Assembly: GCF_006345805.1 (NCBI RefSeq)
Contig: NC_043015.1
Location: 23,002,001-23,066,000, forward strand
Origin: Octopus sinensis
Taxonomy: Eukaryota
Length of the DNA: 64,000 nt
Direction of reading: 5' to 3'
A model generated the notes under the pieces. It worked only from the letters and a program-made list of their open reading frames with translations. It searched no databases and was not told the DNA's origin. Of this stretch, positions 56,580-64,000 are shown in pieces (within the stretch, counting starts at the first letter, position 1; every line of letters starts with the position of its first letter). The translations under genes were made by a program, and so were the position numbers.

Positions 56580-56720
56580 AACATCCTATCACCACATCCC
56601 ACCGATGCAATGATGAGACGGGTCACAGAAGTTGTTTGTATACAAGAATACAAACCTACTCTCAACCGAAAATCCGAATGGAGTAACATCCAGATCCCAT
56701 TCAGGAGGATCATTCTATAA
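56580..56720 (+). pseudogene. GIY-YIG C-terminal fragment of another Penelope-like family
   Basis: ILSPHPTDAMMRRVTEVVCIQEYKPTLNRKSEW fits the R..E...I....P.LN motif; directly follows (TA)n. Confidence 0.6.
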
Positions 56721-57299
56721 CCACCCTTCTCTCTCGTTTACATGTAATCCTTACATACATGTTGCAATGCGTGGTGCTAAAACACTTATGTGCAGTTATA
56801 CATAACCGTATAAGCGTACTTTGTTTGTTACGTATGTGCGTGTGTGGTGCTAAATAAATGCACATGCATGTGTATGTATGGGTGTATGTATTTATTGTAT
56901 ATGTATGCGTTTATGCATATATATATAATAATAAAAAAAAGAGCAGATCGGTTAATATAATGCATGTTCGATTTTTAACCGTTGCCCTTGAATACTGTGA
57001 CATATATTTTGTATGTATGTGTGTGTGTGCGTATGCATGTTTATGCGTGTGTGTGCATGTGTGTGTGCATGTGTGTGTGCGCGCGTGTGTGTGTATGTGT
57101 GTAATAGGTCATATGTATGTTGAAGTGGATAAGCATATATGAGTATATAATTTAAGGTTATAAGTGTATTTATGAGTATGTCTATATGATTGTGGGTACT
57201 TGTTTATATGTATATGGTTATATGTGCACTGTTGCACCTAAACGTTGCATCCATTCACCGTTAGACGATGATGAGAGGAACAAACACACACCCACATAC

Positions 57300-57336
<37 letters not shown>

Positions 57337-57419
57337 CGTCTATACAAACATATATGTGTGTATATATATATACAACCTTCAACAAGGTAACAGTCATGTA
57401 CACAACTTAGACGGGCACA

Positions 57420-57657
57420 TACCTATTTCTTTATTACCCACAAGGGGCTAAACATAGAAGGGACAAACAAGGACAGACATAGGTATTAAGTCGATTACAT
57501 CGACCCCAGTGCGTAACTGGTGCTTAATTTATCGACCCCAAAAGGATGAAAAGCAAAGTCGACCTCGGCGGAATTTGAACTCAAAACGTAACAGCAGACG
57601 AAATACCGCAAAGCATTTCGCCCGGCGTGCTAATGCTTCTGCCAGCTCGCCGCCTTC
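57420..57657 (-). mobile_element. SINE family A, well-preserved copy with an alternative 3' tail
   Basis: Minus strand AAGGCGGCGAGCTGGCAGAAGCATTAGCACGCCGGGCGAAATGC...GAGTTCAAATTCCGCCGAGGTCGACTTTG..., tail GTCTGTCCTTGTTTGTCCC...GCCCCTTGTGGGTAATAAAGAAAT. Confidence 0.9.
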
Positions 57658-58317
57658 AACGGACACATACCAGTACACGGACATACGTTCACATGCACAT
57701 ACACATGTACACACACACACAGACGCGTCTGCCCGTTCTCCTAGATACTCACATGCATACGTAGCACATAAGTACAAACATACATACATACCTGCGTATG
57801 TGCATACACACGTACATACGCACGTACATGTACACACACACATACATACGCACATGCATACGTGCGCATATACATATATACGCACATGCGTACGTACGTG
57901 CATACACACATACATACATACATAAACACATATATACGTATATATATATATATATAACCTGGGGGAAAAAAAGAGGTAAGTAATAGTAAAACAAAAGTTT
58001 TGTGATATAGAGATAAGTGACTGATAATAGGTCTTAAAGTTTTGTCGTGGGGGTGAGGGTCGTAAATCACTTCCTAGCTTCGGCGGGGGAGGTTGAAATT
58101 TGATATTGTTGTGATGAGTGGTCAGTCTACATCTATCCATCACTACAGGTTTATAGCTTTCAGTTTATAGTGTGTGTGTGCGTGCATATACACACATACA
58201 TATATATACATACATACACAGGTGCGTACATACATACATGCATGCTTACATACATGCGTGCATACATACATACACACATACATACGTACATATATATAAC
58301 GAACTAACTGTTACTTT

Positions 58318-58527
58318 CTCAGATGCAGCACGGATTTTTGACAGTGAACAGGTCGCAGTCTTAAAGCGACGAAAATATTTTGACAAATTAAACTTAAATG
58401 TTGAAGTGAATCGAACGGCTTTTGTGTGTTTCTTAAATGGCTTACAAGCACCTTCCATGCTGCAATTGTTTTCGTTTCAGCACACGATCTCAGATCAAAT
58501 CACTTGCTATGCAGGTACATCTCCCTA
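58318..58527 (+). mobile_element. Short PLE-like terminus (family 4) with hammerhead-like motif at 58337-58387
   Basis: TTTG.CA-GTGAACAG-GTCGC(9 nt)GCGAC-GAAA-ATAT-TT-TGACAAA; ends in (TA)n. Confidence 0.6.
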
Positions 58528-58568
58528 TATTATATATATATATACATATATATTATTTATATATATAT

Positions 58569-58663
<95 letters not shown>

Positions 58664-58687
58664 ATATATATTATGTATATAATATAT

Positions 58688-61038
58688 AATAACTTAGAAT
58701 AACTTAGAAAGGTTTTTGGCCAGTATTGGCCCAGGCCATGTCTAACTTAATAGCACCACCTGGCGAAGTCTTTCAGTTCAGGATTTGGGCCACCAAGGCC
58801 TATTCGAGCAGAGAGTTTTGTTTGCGGAGACATATCCGGGTGTGGGTGGTTTGTCCGGTACTGTTTGAAGGAATTTGTCCAAGACTTCTTGAATTTTGTG
58901 TGGTCAGTTTCTTTTTGACGTGTCCTGGTGTAATGTTGAAGAGAGCAGGTCCAAATGAGGTGAAATAGTTGTGCCGTATTGTCGTTATGTGATGCGATTT
59001 AGATTTTTGTTGTGGACGGATGGCACGTGGTCCAAGCCTTGGATGCATTTTGAAGGTGATGCCAACATCATTCGGACAGTGCTGATGGAATATTTTCCAC
59101 ATCATACAGATAATGTAGCGTTCACGGCGTCGTTGGAGTGAAACAATTTCAGCTTCTTAGTTACCCCAGGAGTCAAGGTCTGACATGCCATCTTCTTTTT
59201 GTGATTGACCTTTGGGGAGCTTCAATTCTCATAATATTTGTTGTGTAGGGAGACCAAGTGGACAGCAGTATTCGGTCGGGCAAAAGTGAAGGATAATAGC
59301 GTGGGAATTCTCGACTGGAAGGTTTGAGATCCAGGAACACATTCTGCGGGCCATGTCAACTTTGCTGCTATATGTGTAGCCAGCTATGTTGTTTGTCACT
59401 GTTACTCCAGTCTCTGATGTTGGATTCATGAGATTTCTCCAGAAGGAAGAGAGTATGGGAGTTCAGAGTGTCCTCCTTCCAAAGTGGATAGTTCGAATTG
59501 TCTTCATTAGCAACATGTTATTCTTTTCCGCCCATTGGACAACAGCCAGTAGGTCTGATGAAGGTTATTCGGTCATCACGCCATTGATGACCTCTGGAGC
59601 TTGGAATCATCAGCGAAGGTTCTGATGTTGCTGTGTTTGATGGTGTCAGTAATATCATTTATGTAGATGATGAAGAGAAGTGGGGCCCACACAGTGCCTT
59701 GTGGGACACCACTTCTGACTTTGGCTGGGCTGGATTTGACTCCCTCGACTACAACATGTTGGGTTCTGTTAGAGAGGAAGCACTTGATCCATTGCAGCAG
59801 CTTTCCAGTGACACCAATATTGGACAGCTTTCTCAGAAGGATCTTATGATCAACCCTGTCAAAGGCCTTGCTGAAATCAAGGTAGATGACATCAGTATTG
59901 GAACCCTCTCCCAAGGCTCTCAAAATGTCATCAAAATGATGCAGTAGCTGCGTCAGGCAATCTCTCCCATTACGGAATCCATGCTGGTTGGGGTTCAGCA
60001 TATTATGACTCTCAAGGAAGTGAGTCATACGCGATCTCAGCACCCTCTCAAATACCTTGATGATATGAGAGGTGAGTTAGATTGGACGGTAATTCACGGC
60101 AAGCGATTTGTTTCCTTTTTTGAAAACTGGGACAACAGACTGGGATAGAAGGTCTTCTGGTATATATCCAGCATCCAGTGAGTTCCGCCACAGATTGGCT
60201 AGAGGGGGTGCAAGTTGGTTTTGACACATCTTCAAGACACAAGCAGGGAACCTATCGGGACCTACTGCTGAATTATGCTTCATTTCCTTTATTGCTGCTA
60301 AGACATCAGGAGCGCCAAATGTTATGTCCGATAAAGTGTATTGGGGAGTAACATCACTGATACAGCCCAGATCAGTCATATCAGGATTGCTGAAAACAGA
60401 GCAATATTTCTCCCATGGTTTTGGCATTATCTTGAAGAGTACCATTTTCATCAATCAGAGGGCCAACAGTAGAACCAGTGACTCTGTGTTTTTTTGCAAA
60501 TGAAAAGAACACTTTGGGATTGAGTTTGATCTTCTCAATGGCCCAGGCCTCTTCAGCTCTTCGCTGACTATTGATGATAGACATCATGTTGTTTTGGAGT
60601 TTATGTTTTTTAATCTCTAGCGACGAGATGGCAGTCAGGTTGGTGTGTTGCTGTTGACAGTATTTCAGCATGTTGATCTTTTTGTTGATTCTTTTAATTT
60701 TCCTTATGAGAGATTTTCTATTTCTAGGGATTCGACACTTAGATTTGTTTGCAGATCTTAATGGGGTGTGTCTTGCACATATGTTCGTGATGGTGTCTAC
60801 AAGTGACTGCCAGGACATTTTGATGTTAGTGGGTGTGTATGTGTGCGTGAAGGACCAATCGACTTGTGCAAGATCATTATTGATCGCTTCCCAGTTTGCA
60901 TTGTGGAAATCCATAGTGTCAAATGGATGAACAGGAGGAATGACATTTGTTTTGCATTTTGGCCAGTGAAATCTCAGTTCACAGAGAACCATGTCATGGT
61001 CGGAGAGTAGGGTTTTCTCCACTGCAATATTGTGGATA
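58688..61038 (-). mobile_element. CR1-group (APE-RT) LINE, 5'-truncated and frameshifted
   Basis: End of the endonuclease (LSDHDMV); RT motifs SAVGPDRFP, NYRPI, QHGFR, YLDFSKAFDRVDH, SGVPQGTV, FADD; short tandem 3' tail TTCTAAGTTA x2. Confidence 0.9.
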
Positions 61039-62979
61039 GTATATATATATATATTCATATATATATATATATATACATGTGTGTGTGTGTGTGTTTTTAT
61101 GTGTAAGTGTCTGTGCACATCGTGTGTGTGTGTGTTAAAGAATTGCTATATATTACATATATGCAAAAACGATTGCAAAAAATCTATTCACTCTAATACA
61201 TAGTCCATATCACTGTCATATCAGAGTAAATAACCTAAAATGCAGCAGAAAATTAATCACCATTTCTTGGAATGCCGATGAAATTATTTGTTTGGTAAAC
61301 TTTCGGAAAAAAAACCCCAAACCTAATGACGTTTAATTCATTTTTGTTTCGAAATACGGAGTCGGGAGTCTCCGACTTCCCATTCAGTGTTGGACAAGAA
61401 TCTCATTGACAACTTATTCCAAATGTTGGTTTCAAATGGCGTTAGTAAATATGCTTCTCATATTTACTTCGTTCACACCTCGTTTATTTATGTTTACATT
61501 TCTTATGGCAGTCTCTCAGGTTAAACGTTTCAGTCGATGCAGTTAAATGGCTGGTGCGGTATTTAGAATTGTTGTTATACAAGTTAAAAACATTCAAAAA
61601 GTTATGTGGTACAGTGATGCTAAATAAATTATTTCACTCATTTTCGCTAATATTTCGCCTCAAAACATTCTCGTCAATGCTGAAATTAAATAAAGACTTG
61701 ATGTTCTTTGGGTTTTCCTCTCTCACTGAAACAATCAGGACATCGTCATTTTGTATTCTGTGTTTGACTAATATACTCATCAGAATAAAATACTTCACTA
61801 ATTTACTTTTGTATGGGTGTCGAACAAACGATATTCTCTGGAATTTCAGTTGACGCTCTTTCCGAATATAGAATAACAATATTTTCTTTTACTTCTTATT
61901 TTCATTCATTGAAAGAATGAGTGAGTGATTGGGCGTGTGTGTGAGAGAGAGAGAGTGAGTGAGAGAATGATAGAGAGGCAGACAGAAAAACAGACACAGA
62001 GAGACATATATAAGAGCTCGCAAATAATGTAGCAACTTTACTAATGAATAAAATATTCGTTACACAATATGGTTAATACAGATATTAATATATTAGCAGA
62101 TTGATATTATCCGTTCTGATTATCACCATATCATTATATAATATATACAGTATGACGTCTTCTGACATTTAACTTAATGAGAGCCTATTCAACAGAGCAG
62201 AATATCACGAGGTTTTTATTATATAGAACTCCGAATTACATTTTGTTAATTTTCCCAAGTTATACAAAATATTTCGAAATATAACTTTCGCAGACAAAAC
62301 ACGTAGCCACGATATAAACACTGCTTAATTGTCTGTGGTATGCGCTAAGTCGCACACGTATGAGATATTGAAATCTTTCCTGTTGACAGCCGGTCCTTGG
62401 AAATGGAGGAGATTAATGCTGAATCATGAGCGGGTGCCACGGCCTAATAAGAAGAGTTAAGATGTCACCTTTTTTTTGACAAAATTACCGTCCCTCTCTA
62501 AAAATTGATCATAAAAACATTTACTTACATATATAAAATTAAATTTTCAAAGAGCTTCCCGAAAATGTAGCCTTTCCTCGGTGTTATATACACTGATTTG
62601 GTAAATATAAATACAGAAGATTTACGCACCAACAATTTGCCAAAAGCTGAAAAAAGAGCAATGCCAGTATGAACATTAATCTGACATTCTTTCCTAAACA
62701 AAGGCTAAGAATAATGGCCTAAAACCAGTCTGAAGGAACTGTCCTACGTCTCGAGACTATATGGATAGCCACTAAAGATCATGTCTTCATTATACATTTC
62801 ATCTTTTACAGGAACGTTACCAAGAGTCAATTTACATTTTGTCATTGCTACCACAGTTCGTGGGCGTGAAATGTCTTAGGAATGAATGATAGCTCTTACT
62901 TCTATGTTGCCAATTATTGCATAATCATTTACAGATTTAAAATATCTCAGTGCAGAGAATCGATCGATCTAGTGATCTA

Positions 62980-63403
<424 letters not shown>

Positions 63404-64000
63404 ATATTAATTTAAAAGAAAGGAGTCGATACATGAGCGCTCACAAGCGTAAACTCACTTCATCAGTGCCATTAGCACCAGTGGTAGCTTGAATCTTGAA
63501 TCCCACGAGCAATATGCTTCAGTTGAGACTTCATATTATCAAAAGATACTCCGTGGCCACCACATTTTGGAAACTATACTAGCGGAACGCTGACGCTATT
63601 TTCATCCTACCAGTACTCATGATATATTGTAGCATACTCTAGAATTGGTGCATCAGGGCTGGAAGTGATTCCAATAATCATATTTAATTTAAAGGAAAGT
63701 ATATCGCTTACATAAATATCAGACGTACATTCATGAATCGTCAATTTAGAGGAACTGAAGACTATTCTACATACATAGATATTTCAGAAGTGAATGCAAA
63801 ATAAAAGAGCACCAAAGTTTGGCTCATATTTCGATTTCCTTTCGATAAATGTAGCCGTCCCATCAAAACCCTTATCAAACTGACAATAATATTTCAGACG
63901 AATCCCAGAGTGAGTGGTGCCTATCTATTCGTACAACCGTAACTGTTCTCTTAGAGACTAGGCATATTCACGAGATATTTACATACCAAGAAGACACTTT

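Noticed and set aside
61300-61960. Possible promoter or first non-coding exon on the minus strand (CCAAT near 61930; ORF 61634-61879)
   Set aside because: A single short motif and an ORF without homology cues; not distinguishable from background.

Overview
AT-rich, microsatellite-dense animal nuclear DNA, most likely from an octopus or other coleoid cephalopod. That assignment is an inference from a mollusc-type cox1 NUMT, the SINE families and the abundant (TA)n/(TAA)n repeats. I found no convincing host protein-coding exon; most ORFs in the track are microsatellite read-throughs or antisense frames of transposons. The window is mostly transposon remnants. (i) Three Neptune-type Penelope-like elements (RT + GIY-YIG) plus several short termini from Penelope-like families, all lying in (TA)n tracts. 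Four families carry minimal hammerhead-ribozyme-like folds with non-canonical cores. (ii) A 6.5-kb same-strand array of Dong/R4-clade (restriction-like endonuclease) retroelements and non-autonomous elements separated by (TAA)n. (iii) A 5'-truncated CR1-group LINE. (iv) Two decayed IS630-Tc1-mariner transposase remnants, non-autonomous Helitrons and two long fold-back elements. (v) Four tRNA-derived SINE families. (vi) A ~420-bp mitochondrial cox1 insertion. Boundaries were read by eye and are approximate unless motifs are quoted.
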